Shown: positions 28,087 through 35,636 of the stretch, in pieces | How the letters are laid out: each line of letters begins with the position of its first letter | Position numbering within the stretch: the stretch's first letter is position 1 | Sequence record: PP920554.1 | Reading direction: 5' to 3' (one strand) | DNA: 43,039 nucleotides | Origin: Escherichia phage SM_S24 | Translations under genes and position numbers: made by a program | Notes under the pieces: model-generated | The model's database searches: none | What the model was told of the DNA's origin: nothing | What the model saw: the letters and a program-made list of their open reading frames with translations, nothing else

Positions 28087-28305
28087 TTATTCCGCCTTTT
28101 TCCAGACTTCGGTTTCACTGTTCCAGTTCCTTTTTGTAGCGTCGTAGTTGGTGGCGTGTCCGATGTGCACACCCGTCGCCCGGAAGCTCTTAAATTTTTG
28201 CCAGCATACCGTCAACGGCAGCGGGTCATTCATGCCCGCGATAAACCATACTCGATCGCCCGGTTTACATTCGCCCAGCTTGGTGAGTCGGTAATGATCT
28301 TTCAT
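28087..28305 (-). CDS. hypothetical small protein
   Basis: 72 aa from ATG 28305 (RBS GGGAGA, about 7-nt spacer); track ORF starts at TTG 28320. Confidence 0.3.
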   Translation of the reverse strand: MKDHYRLTKLGECKPGDRVWFIAGMNDPLPLTVCWQKFKSFRATGVHIGHATNYDATKRNWNSETEVWKKAE

Positions 28306-28317
28306 CGTCATGTCTCC

Positions 28318-28341
28318 CAAAAATGGCGGGACAAGCCCGCC
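28318..28341 (-). terminator. intra-operon terminator/attenuator (minus strand)
   Basis: GGCGGGCTTGTCCCGCC followed by ATTTTT on the minus strand, overlapping the RBS of the next gene. Confidence 0.45.
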
Positions 28342-28348
28342 GTATTAA

Positions 28349-28522
28349 TTATTTTTGCTCTGCGCGGTAGCGGCGCTGCCGTTCGCGCTCTTTTTTATTG
28401 CGGCACGATTTGCACTCGGCCCGATACCCGTCCGGGCTGCGTGCAGTCTTACCAGTGTATTTATGGAACTGGGATAGCGGTTTAATGCAGCCGCAATTAC
28501 TGCAACGTTTTTCTTCAATCAT
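28349..28522 (-). CDS. zinc-ribbon protein
   Basis: 57 aa from ATG 28522 (RBS GAGGG); two CxxC pairs (CSNCGC...CKSC) and basic C-terminus. Confidence 0.4.
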   Translation of the reverse strand: MIEEKRCSNCGCIKPLSQFHKYTGKTARSPDGYRAECKSCRNKKERERQRRYRAEQK

Positions 28523-28553
28523 CTCTAAAACCCTCGATATTGCTAACCGGCAC

Positions 28554-28582
28554 ACTATACCGCTATGCGACCAATTCAGCAA
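28554..28582 (-). promoter_or_regulatory. sigma70-like promoter for the zinc-ribbon operon
   Basis: minus strand TTGCTG-17 nt-TATAGT with ATTGGTTGC / ATTGGTCGC boxes at the -35 and in the spacer. Confidence 0.4.
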
Positions 28583-28841
28583 CCAATAAATCACAGTCGG
28601 CGATGTTGTCTATAACGCGAACGTCAGCGCCGCGGCGGGCCATCCGCTCATGTTCACGTACCTGGTGCGGCTTCGGTTTTCCTCCTGGGCGCTTCACTTC
28701 AACGAACACTATTTTGCCGTTGATGATGATAATCAGGTCGGGCGCACCTGCGCGCCCCTCCCAGGCCATTTTGCGGCAGAATCCGCCTACCTCTTTCACC
28801 CGTCGCATCAGGTGACTTTGAATCTTGCCTTCTGGTGTCAT
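28563..28841 (-). CDS. VRR-NUC domain nuclease
   Basis: 92 aa from ATG 28841 (TAATG overlap with the polymerase stop); GAPDLIIIINGKIVFVEVKRPGGKPKPHQ matches the VRR-NUC PD-(D/E)XK core. Confidence 0.7.
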   Translation of the reverse strand: MTPEGKIQSHLMRRVKEVGGFCRKMAWEGRAGAPDLIIIINGKIVFVEVKRPGGKPKPHQVREHERMARRGADVRVIDNIADCDLLVAELVA

Positions 28842-31132
28842 TACTTCCTGTACCTGTACATGATGTCGCCTTCGGCGGCAAGCGGGAAGCCTTTCGCCCA
28901 AACAGGCAGGTCGCACATCAGCGCGCATAGCTCCTCGGTCGTGTAGTCGTCAGTATCCGGAACCTCGGTGATCAGTTCATCGTGTACGGACAGTACGATC
29001 TCATACCCCGCGGCTTCAACGCCTGGCATGGACCATGCGAGAATATCGCGGCATAGCGCCTGTACGATGTTTTCCGTCAGTTTGCCGCCGTAGGTATACT
29101 GGAAGCCCCACTGGCGCGTCGTCTGATTCTCGCCCTGGTATTTGATGCGGGTGCTGGTGCGCTTCTTGCCGGTGTCTTCGTCGATCTCGGTCGTGACAGA
29201 CAGCGCGATGCCCGGGTAGCTCATGATGCGCCCTGACGGCAACTCAATTTTCAACCACCACCCTGCGGCGTTCGGGTCGTCGCGCTCCTCGTCGAAGGTT
29301 GGGTCATGCTTCGCCTTCGTGCGAACAATCTTAAGCGCTTTCCTGCCATCCGGGCGAACGTTCGCACCCGCCCAGTATGCTTTGCCCGGATTGCGGATCG
29401 CGCAGAGCACCGCGTCTTCCAGTTCAGCCCAAAATGCTACCGTCTTAGGGTGAGCCTCGCGCCACATACGTTTGATCGCGTCACACGTCAACCACACGTT
29501 TTTCGGCAGTATGTAAGTTGGGCGCTCGTCTTTCTTGCCAGGCTTCGGCGGGCGCTTGGCTTCGTTAATGCGGGCATACTCATAACCACGTTTCGCCGCG
29601 GCCCAAATATGATCGGGGAATGTGCCCTTCATGACGTCCGCCATCGCATACAGGTCGAGGCCCAGGTTTTTAGCAAACTGCAGGAACGCTGCAACACCGC
29701 CACCATAGCCCAACCCCAATTCGCACGCCTTACCAATCTGGCGCAAGTCTTTGCGGTTGGCTTTGATGTATTCCGGGTCGAGGCCAAACATCTTACCGGC
29801 AGTTTCACAATAGATATCGCGACCCGCCCTGAACACCATTAGCGCGGTTTTCTCCCCCGCGATCCAGGCGAGGCCACGCCCTTCCACGTTGGAGTAGTCA
29901 GCTACGACAAACTTCTTACCCTTCGCCGGAATAATGCACCCGCGAACAGTCGATGCCGTTAGCTTCGATATGTCATACGCCCAGTGCGCTGTCCCGCGTA
30001 ACAGGGAGTTGATGCCGTTGGTAAGCATGTGCGACCGCACCCAAAACGCGACGTCGCTCTCGCCTTCACGGCGCTTAATCTTCCCTTCGTGGTCGTCGCT
30101 ATACTCGCCGCGTGCCAGGTTTTGCGGCTGGAAGCCTTTGCCCGCCCAGCGTAGCGTGCGTTTCGCCCCACCATACTGGAGACACCCACGACGGCGACCA
30201 TCTGCAGATAAGCCATTAACGAGCGGATTGTACTTAGTCGATGCCGTTGATGATGCACCGAGGCGCATCTCGATAAGCACTTTGCCCTCGTCGGGGAAGT
30301 CCGGGTCTTCCAGCAGGTCGTTAAGCGTGGATTTCTGCGCGTTGTGTATTGTGAACGCAGGCGCGAGGTCGCGCAGCGCTGGCAGGAAGTCATTGCCGGT
30401 CAGCTTACCGCCAAAGCGCTCCCATGCTTCTTCCTTCAATTCTTCCTTATGCGCCTGTACCGCTTTGATCGCGGCGCGCGCCAGGTCAACGTCCACATAG
30501 AAGCCGCGGTCATTGATCAACTGGTCAATAAGCAGGATTTCGTCTTCCTTCGGCGTGTTACCCCAGTCCGGTATGCGCCAGTAGACTTCCCTCATCGCTA
30601 TAATATCCAGCGCGGCATAGCGCAGGAATTTAGCCCACTCCTCGTGGTGCGTCTCGCGCGTGTAGCGGCGGATTTTGTATGTCTTAGGGGTTGGCTTACA
30701 GAATCGTTTGATCAGCGCCTTGCCCGCCTTATCCTTCGCGTGCTCTGCGTCGACGCCCAACACCTGGCACTGCATATCGAGGCTACCCGGCAGCGCGTGT
30801 CGAAAGGCCATAATCATGGTGTCTTCGATCTGGCCTACCGGCAGGTCAATGCCCCACTTCTCGCGAATAACCAGGCGGTCAAACAGGAGGCCGTTAGCCA
30901 TCACGATTTTTGCTTTCTTGCGGGATACCTGGCGGAGAGCCTTGCGCAGTTCACGCGGCATTGTAGGGGACTCGGTGCAATCCCATGTCTGCACGCGCCC
31001 CTCGTCGATGGCGTAGGTGCAAATCATAATCTCGGTTGTCGGGTGCTCCGCGTAGGCGTATGCGCCAACTTTCTTCAGGTCCACCCCGCTAAATGTCTCG
31101 GTATCGAGAAAAAGGCGTTCGAAGTCTTTCAT
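28841..31132 (-). CDS. DNA polymerase I-like (family A) with 3'-5' exonuclease domain
   Basis: 763 aa; N-terminal exonuclease motif LFLDTETFSG, polymerase motif A-like VVADYSNVEGRGLAWIAGE; RBS GAGGA. Confidence 0.9.
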   Translation of the reverse strand: MKDFERLFLDTETFSGVDLKKVGAYAYAEHPTTEIMICTYAIDEGRVQTWDCTESPTMPRELRKALRQVSRKKAKIVMANGLLFDRLVIREKWGIDLPVGQIEDTMIMAFRHALPGSLDMQCQVLGVDAEHAKDKAGKALIKRFCKPTPKTYKIRRYTRETHHEEWAKFLRYAALDIIAMREVYWRIPDWGNTPKEDEILLIDQLINDRGFYVDVDLARAAIKAVQAHKEELKEEAWERFGGKLTGNDFLPALRDLAPAFTIHNAQKSTLNDLLEDPDFPDEGKVLIEMRLGASSTASTKYNPLVNGLSADGRRRGCLQYGGAKRTLRWAGKGFQPQNLARGEYSDDHEGKIKRREGESDVAFWVRSHMLTNGINSLLRGTAHWAYDISKLTASTVRGCIIPAKGKKFVVADYSNVEGRGLAWIAGEKTALMVFRAGRDIYCETAGKMFGLDPEYIKANRKDLRQIGKACELGLGYGGGVAAFLQFAKNLGLDLYAMADVMKGTFPDHIWAAAKRGYEYARINEAKRPPKPGKKDERPTYILPKNVWLTCDAIKRMWREAHPKTVAFWAELEDAVLCAIRNPGKAYWAGANVRPDGRKALKIVRTKAKHDPTFDEERDDPNAAGWWLKIELPSGRIMSYPGIALSVTTEIDEDTGKKRTSTRIKYQGENQTTRQWGFQYTYGGKLTENIVQALCRDILAWSMPGVEAAGYEIVLSVHDELITEVPDTDDYTTEELCALMCDLPVWAKGFPLAAEGDIMYRYRK

Positions 31133-31299
31133 TGCTTAATCCTCACTACGGCGTCAGCGCTGCCGATCATGGAGAAGATGCCGTCTGACAGGGTGATCTC
31201 TTCGCCGTTGTTGCGAATCTCGGCAACTGTGAAATACTCGCCCAGCAATTTGGACCATACCTGCATTCCGACTTTTACTTCGCTGGCTTTAATACGCAT
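31129..31299 (-). CDS. hypothetical small protein
   Basis: 56 aa (MRIKASEVKVGMQVWSKLLGEYFTVAEIRNNGEEITLSDGIFSMIGSADAVVRIKQ), RBS AGGA, ATGA coupling to the polymerase start; below the 60-aa track cutoff. Confidence 0.35.
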   Translation of the reverse strand: MRIKASEVKVGMQVWSKLLGEYFTVAEIRNNGEEITLSDGIFSMIGSADAVVRIKQ

Positions 31300-31315
31300 T
31301 TTTCATTGTCCTATT

Positions 31316-31339
31316 AAAAAGCCCGCATTAAGCGGGCTT
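31316..31339 (-). terminator. intrinsic terminator after the SSB gene (minus strand)
   Basis: AAGCCCGC-TTAAT-GCGGGCTT followed by TTTTTA on the minus strand. Confidence 0.55.
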
Positions 31340-31357
31340 GAATAGTGGGCTTTGCCC

Positions 31358-32134
31358 TTAACGGCGGCGACGTTTACGTGGCGCTTCGTCTTCGTCCTCA
31401 TCTTCGTCATCGCGTGGCTTACGACGTTTGCGAGGTTTCTCATCTTCGTCTTCGTCGTCGTCATCGCGGCGCTTGGATTTTTTGGACTTGCGCGGCTTGT
31501 CATCTTCATCATCGTCATCACGACGTTTTGACTTCTTAGCCTTGCGCGGTGCTTCGTCTTCGTCGTCGTTGTCCAGGTCTTCATCGGAGCAAGAAGACCC
31601 GCCACCGCCGAAGGCTTCACCGTCATCACGGAATCGCAGACCCAGCAAGCCAGCACCGAGTCCTTTACCGTTGGTATTGTTCCACGCCCAAATATCAAGG
31701 GACACGTTGCAATAACAACCAGAGTAGATCTCCTGGCCTTCAATCTCGTCGCCGTCGATGGTCAGACCTTGTTCAGTCTGCTTCTCGCCGAGTGACGTTT
31801 GAATGATCGGCTGTTTGAACGATTTGGCGTTGATGTACAACATGCCTTCGAATTCTTCGGTTACTTCGTCGCGCTCGTCACCGTCGCGAACTGCGCATTC
31901 CTTAGAATCCTGGGCGTAGTGGCGGTCCATCCACTTATCAGCATTCTTCTCGGATTTCAGCTTGTCGGTGAGCACTGCGCGCGCTGCCGCTTCCACTTTG
32001 TCCACCTGCGGATCTTCTTTATCAAGGAGAATCACTGCACGGTATGCCGGTTTTTGTCCATCCTGTTTAGGGGTATCACGTTCCCAAATTTTAAGGAAAC
32101 ATACGCGCACATTTTTCAGGTTGACTTTAGCCAT
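31358..32134 (-). CDS. T7 gp2.5-like ssDNA-binding protein (DUF2815-like) with alternating acidic/basic repeat tail
   Basis: 258 aa from ATG 32134 (RBS GAGGAA); N-terminus MAKVNLKNVRV typical of gp2.5/DUF2815-type SSBs; C-terminal about 80 aa are four blocks of [D/E]6-9 then [K/R]5-8. Confidence 0.55.
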   Translation of the reverse strand: MAKVNLKNVRVCFLKIWERDTPKQDGQKPAYRAVILLDKEDPQVDKVEAAARAVLTDKLKSEKNADKWMDRHYAQDSKECAVRDGDERDEVTEEFEGMLYINAKSFKQPIIQTSLGEKQTEQGLTIDGDEIEGQEIYSGCYCNVSLDIWAWNNTNGKGLGAGLLGLRFRDDGEAFGGGGSSCSDEDLDNDDEDEAPRKAKKSKRRDDDDEDDKPRKSKKSKRRDDDDEDEDEKPRKRRKPRDDEDEDEDEAPRKRRRR

Positions 32135-32199
32135 TTTCCAATTCCTCATTTTCACATGTATCGGGGTTATTATGAGCCACCCCGTTCGGCTTGGTTGCT

Positions 32200-32228
32200 A
32201 ATCTACTTGGTTGCGCCTAAGCGGTCAA
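32200..32228 (-). promoter_or_regulatory. sigma70-like promoter for the SSB operon
   Basis: minus strand TTGACC-17 nt-TAGATT; GCAACCAAG in the spacer and again just downstream of the -10. Confidence 0.45.
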
Positions 32229-32467
32229 GCATTTTCATTAAAAAGATTTCTGGTAACGTAGTCGGTAGCGTTCTCGATCCAGCTTAATGGCGGGCGGTCG
32301 ATATTCTTCGCCACCCAATCGGCGGCAGCTTCGCTATAACCGTCATCCAGCCAGCGGGTCGGATGGCGAATCATCCACGCCACCATTAACACGCCTTGCA
32401 CGCAATGCAGGATAAAGCCCAGCGCTCCGAGCAAAAACATCAATAAGATTGCGAATACTTTATTCAT
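32225..32467 (-). CDS. small membrane protein (hypothetical)
   Basis: 80 aa with one hydrophobic helix (FAILLMFLLGALGFIL). Confidence 0.35.
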   Translation of the reverse strand: MNKVFAILLMFLLGALGFILHCVQGVLMVAWMIRHPTRWLDDGYSEAAADWVAKNIDRPPLSWIENATDYVTRNLFNENA

Positions 32468-33890
32468 TGCTTAAGTCCTCGTCAGTAGCTTCCGACCACG
32501 CAGGGCGCGGGTCGTCGATTGGTGCTAACACCGGTTTGGCAGGTGCGCGCGTTATTTTATCACACAACTTTGCCCACACTTTCGGCTTCTCGTCCTTCAG
32601 TACCTTCTCGGCATCAGTAGGGCTGAGTAATGTTTCTTTGTACATAACATCGCGCTTGATCCGGGCCTTCGTGAAGATTTCAATAACTTCGCTCTCGTCC
32701 GCCCACTTACGGATCCCTTCCTTACCGGCAACCATCTTGAGGCCCAGCGATTCACCATCACCCGCCATTACAGCCTTAAATACCGCGGACTCGATCGCTT
32801 TGATGTGCTGGCGCATTGCGTCCAGACCTTCATAAGCCTTGCGCAGTTCCGCAGCGCTCATAGCGCCTGGGGCCGCTTCTTTCTTACCGCGCTTCGCACG
32901 TCGTGCCGCCTTCCTGGCTTCGCGGGCCATATTGCGGTCGTGATTGGCGCATTCTTCCTCGGTCGCCACGCTCACGTCGTCGCCCAGGTCTTCGTCGGTT
33001 GCCGTTGGAGGTGTCATCGTGTCGATTGCGGCCTTAGCGCGGGCACTACACTGATCCGCAAATCGACACCACTGGCACGCATCAACGCTGGGCCGGAAGT
33101 CTGCGCGGGTGAGTCCCTTCTTGCCTCGGGAATACGCCTCCAGTGCGGCAATAGCGCGCTTGGATGCAAACTTCGCGAATATCTCCAGGGCTTCTACCGA
33201 AATATCCCACTCCGACGCCCCGCCGCAATACGGCTGGAAGATAACCAGTCGCACGGTTGTAATGTCGTACATAGTTTGCAGCTTGCGCAGCAGTCCGAGC
33301 GCGTACAACATAAGCTGTTTGTTCTCTTTCGCCTCGACCTTATGCCGCCCGGTCTTCAGGTCGCCAACAATCAGCATGTACGTTCCATCGGTCTTTTTCA
33401 TTACCATGACCATATCGGCAGTACCGAACGTTTTAATCCTGTTGCCGTCGATCTCGTAGCCTGAGTGAAGGACGCGGGTCAGATCGGCGCGCATCTCAAG
33501 CTGGACAAACTCCGCCACTTCGAGGAGCGGTCGCCAGTGGTCGATGTACGCGTCGCACTGTTTCACCATGTCGTCGTTGACCAGTACGCCGCCTTTCGGT
33601 GCTTTAGGGTGTGCCTTTACTGGCCCCTTGCCTTCGTTCTCGACGTAGCACCCTTTATACGTCTTCGCGGTTATCAGCTTTTCCCCAGCAATGATGCGGT
33701 TTAGCACGACCTCTGATACAGTGTGCATACTTGTACCGTTAATCGCAGCTTGCCCGGATTCGTTCGGGATATCTTTTTCGACCACCAGGGCGGCAGGGCA
33801 ACCCATCCATTTTTTAGCACCGGACGGTCCGAGTAATGAGTGTTCCGTATTGCTACCGGATTGCGTTTTACGTTTTGGTTTAATCGCCAT
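32460..33890 (-). CDS. Cas4/RecB-like PD-(D/E)XK exonuclease (DUF2800-like)
   Basis: 476 aa; N-terminal HSLLGPSGAKKWMGCP motif and Cys cluster CQWCRFADQC (one N-terminal plus three C-terminal Cys) typical of Cas4-like nucleases; co-located with gp2.5-like SSB and PolA. Confidence 0.7.
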   Translation of the reverse strand: MAIKPKRKTQSGSNTEHSLLGPSGAKKWMGCPAALVVEKDIPNESGQAAINGTSMHTVSEVVLNRIIAGEKLITAKTYKGCYVENEGKGPVKAHPKAPKGGVLVNDDMVKQCDAYIDHWRPLLEVAEFVQLEMRADLTRVLHSGYEIDGNRIKTFGTADMVMVMKKTDGTYMLIVGDLKTGRHKVEAKENKQLMLYALGLLRKLQTMYDITTVRLVIFQPYCGGASEWDISVEALEIFAKFASKRAIAALEAYSRGKKGLTRADFRPSVDACQWCRFADQCSARAKAAIDTMTPPTATDEDLGDDVSVATEEECANHDRNMAREARKAARRAKRGKKEAAPGAMSAAELRKAYEGLDAMRQHIKAIESAVFKAVMAGDGESLGLKMVAGKEGIRKWADESEVIEIFTKARIKRDVMYKETLLSPTDAEKVLKDEKPKVWAKLCDKITRAPAKPVLAPIDDPRPAWSEATDEDLSNE

Positions 33891-34078
33891 TATTCCACCC
33901 TTGAAAACTGAGCAATGTAATAATCATGTTCAACATTGGCCCGCTTAGCGGCATTGTTCATGGTAGCCGCCAGTCCTCGGGCTTGCATCCAGCAGCAATT
34001 CCAGTTTTGATTCATAACAATTTCCGGTTGCTCGTCGCCGGTAATACGGCAACGAAATAAAACAAAGAAGATAGCCAT
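33890..34078 (-). CDS. hypothetical small protein
   Basis: 62-aa track ORF overlapping the start of the nuclease gene; start uncertain. Confidence 0.25.
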   Translation of the reverse strand: MAIFFVLFRCRITGDEQPEIVMNQNWNCCWMQARGLAATMNNAAKRANVEHDYYIAQFSRVE

Positions 34079-34330
34079 TTATTTTGTCTCCCAGCGGTCA
34101 ATTGTTCTTGCTTCGGATGCAACTGCGAAGCGAACATATTCCAGATTGGAATCCGCCCAAATATAAAAATCGGGGTTAGTAAAGGTGGTGCGCTTAATTT
34201 GCGCGGGGGTGTTGCGGCGTTTATCTATTACGGCAACTCGCGACTGAAAGCTGCCGATGCGTTCGAACAGCCAATAGTACGGGCGCTGGTCGCGGGAGTC
34301 CACCGCCTCGATTAGCGTGAAGCGTGCCAT
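34079..34330 (-). CDS. hypothetical protein
   Basis: 83 aa, ATG with RBS GAGGA directly after an intrinsic terminator. Confidence 0.4.
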   Translation of the reverse strand: MARFTLIEAVDSRDQRPYYWLFERIGSFQSRVAVIDKRRNTPAQIKRTTFTNPDFYIWADSNLEYVRFAVASEARTIDRWETK

Positions 34331-34342
34331 TGTCTCGTCCTC

Positions 34343-34370
34343 TAAAAAGAGGCCCGCTAATCTGCGGGCC
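34343..34370 (-). terminator. intrinsic terminator after the acidic repeat protein gene (minus strand)
   Basis: GGCCCGC-AGATTA-GCGGGCC followed by TCTTTTTAG on the minus strand. Confidence 0.6.
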
Positions 34371-34378
34371 GGAATATA

Positions 34379-34894
34379 CTAATCTTCCAGTTCGAAATAG
34401 GTTTCGACGATTTCTTTTAGCTCTTTGTGGAAGTCTTCGACGTCGTCATCTTCCAGCTTGGCGATTGATTTGATCTCGAACGATTCCAGCAGGTCGTCGA
34501 ATTCGTCGATCGCATCGTCGTCATCGCCACCGGCGATAATCGCGGCATACTGTTTGATTTCGTCGCGCATCTCTGCCAGCGGGTCGGCATCTTTCTTACC
34601 TTTGCCTTTCGCCGGTGCTTTCTTAGACTTAGCCGGTTTTTCGTCTTCGGCATCGTCGTCGTCATCTTCTACGACTTCTTTTTTAGCCTTACCTTTCGCC
34701 GGTGCTTTTTTAGATTTAGCCGGTTTTTCGTCTTCAGCTTCATCGTCGTCATCTTCGACAACTTCTTTTTTCGCCTTAGATGGCTTTTTATCTTCCTGCT
34801 TACCAACGGCAGCGCCAACGGTTTCATAATGTTTAGCGATTGTTTCCAGTGCTACTACGCCGCGAGTAATCAGGTTTACGATTTGTTCGAACAT
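34379..34894 (-). CDS. acidic mixed-charge repeat protein (first leftward early gene)
   Basis: 171 aa from ATG 34894 (RBS GGAG); two tandem KPAKSKKAPAKGKAKKEVVEDDDDDAEDE repeats and a strongly acidic C-terminus; own sigma70-like promoter upstream and intrinsic terminator downstream. Confidence 0.5.
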   Translation of the reverse strand: MFEQIVNLITRGVVALETIAKHYETVGAAVGKQEDKKPSKAKKEVVEDDDDEAEDEKPAKSKKAPAKGKAKKEVVEDDDDDAEDEKPAKSKKAPAKGKGKKDADPLAEMRDEIKQYAAIIAGGDDDDAIDEFDDLLESFEIKSIAKLEDDDVEDFHKELKEIVETYFELED

Positions 34895-35090
34895 GGTATA
34901 TCTCCGATTGGTTAAGTTTAGGTGTCGGCAGTTAACTTCGTCGGTGGCCTTAACATATTGCCCGGTTGCGCGTTCTCCCGTTCGGGTAGTGGACCGGGTT
35001 ATATAATCACGGTTGGGAATCCTGACACTTCGATCCGGCCCCTGCGTTGCCCCTCTCCAGTTTGCGTCCTGCATCCTGTCGACGGAGTGA

Positions 35091-35120
35091 ATGATAGATT
35101 GGTTGCAGGATGGGTGTCAA
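35091..35120 (-). promoter_or_regulatory. leftward early promoter (sigma70-like)
   Basis: minus strand TTGACA-18 nt-TATCAT; TGCAACCAAT box inside the spacer. Confidence 0.55.
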
Positions 35121-35131
35121 CAACTAATTTC

Positions 35132-35165
35132 AAAAAAAAAGCGCCGAGGCAAAATGCACCGGCGC
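35132..35165 (-). terminator. intrinsic terminator upstream of the leftward early promoter (minus strand)
   Basis: GCGCCGGTGCATTTTGCCTCGGCGC followed by nine T on the minus strand. Confidence 0.6.
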
Positions 35166-35195
35166 TAACCAATAAGAGACAATGAGACGGGAATT

Positions 35196-35224
35196 ATTAT
35201 TACACGCGTGCGCGCCCGTTTCAA
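35196..35224 (-). promoter_or_regulatory. second leftward promoter-like element upstream of the terminator
   Basis: minus strand TTGAAA-17 nt-AATAAT; predicted start about 58 nt upstream of the 35132-35165 terminator end. Confidence 0.35.
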
Positions 35225-35236
35225 TATCCAAAGGAT

Positions 35237-35265
35237 TTGACACCTTGTGGTTTTAGGTGTAGTTT
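35237..35265 (+). promoter_or_regulatory. rightward early promoter for the HTH regulator gene
   Basis: TTGACA-17 nt-TAGTTT, back-to-back with the leftward promoter elements. Confidence 0.5.
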
Positions 35266-35296
35266 CATTGGTCATTAGCCAACAGGAGACTGAATT

Positions 35297-35626
35297 ATGA
35301 ATATCAAAGAAGCAATTGAAGTGTTATCTAATGCAATCCGCGGCGAAGCGGGTAAATCCTGGTATTACACAAATGCGGTGGATACTCTGTTATTTGAAGT
35401 GTCCAGATTATCGCGTGCTGAGAAGGAGCTTACCGCGAAGCTGGAATTACTCAACGGTACGGCAGCAAGCAAGCTGCAAAAGCACAATGAAGAAATGGAA
35501 GAATACAAAAAACAGGTTATCCGTCTACGTGAGGAAGGTAAATCCTGGGCGATGATTGCCGAGTTGACCGGAATTAATCAGAGCACAGTGCGCTCCTGGG
35601 TACGCAATAATAAAACTTCTAAGTAA
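35297..35626 (+). CDS. HTH DNA-binding protein (putative transcriptional regulator)
   Basis: 109 aa, RBS AGGAG; C-terminal helix-turn-helix-like segment WAMIAELTGINQSTVRSWV; first rightward gene at the divergent promoter region. Confidence 0.55.
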   Translation: MNIKEAIEVLSNAIRGEAGKSWYYTNAVDTLLFEVSRLSRAEKELTAKLELLNGTAASKLQKHNEEMEEYKKQVIRLREEGKSWAMIAELTGINQSTVRSWVRNNKTSK

Positions 35627-35636
35627 GGCCACGGCA

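Noticed and set aside
31428-31715. Plus-strand Ser-rich 95-aa ORF
   Set aside because: It is the antisense reading of the repeat-encoding 3' end of the SSB gene and has no RBS.
34379-35074. Full-length 231-aa track ORF for the acidic repeat protein
   Set aside because: The first 60 codons have no RBS and overlap the promoter region; the ATG at 34894 has a GGAG RBS and follows the predicted transcription start.
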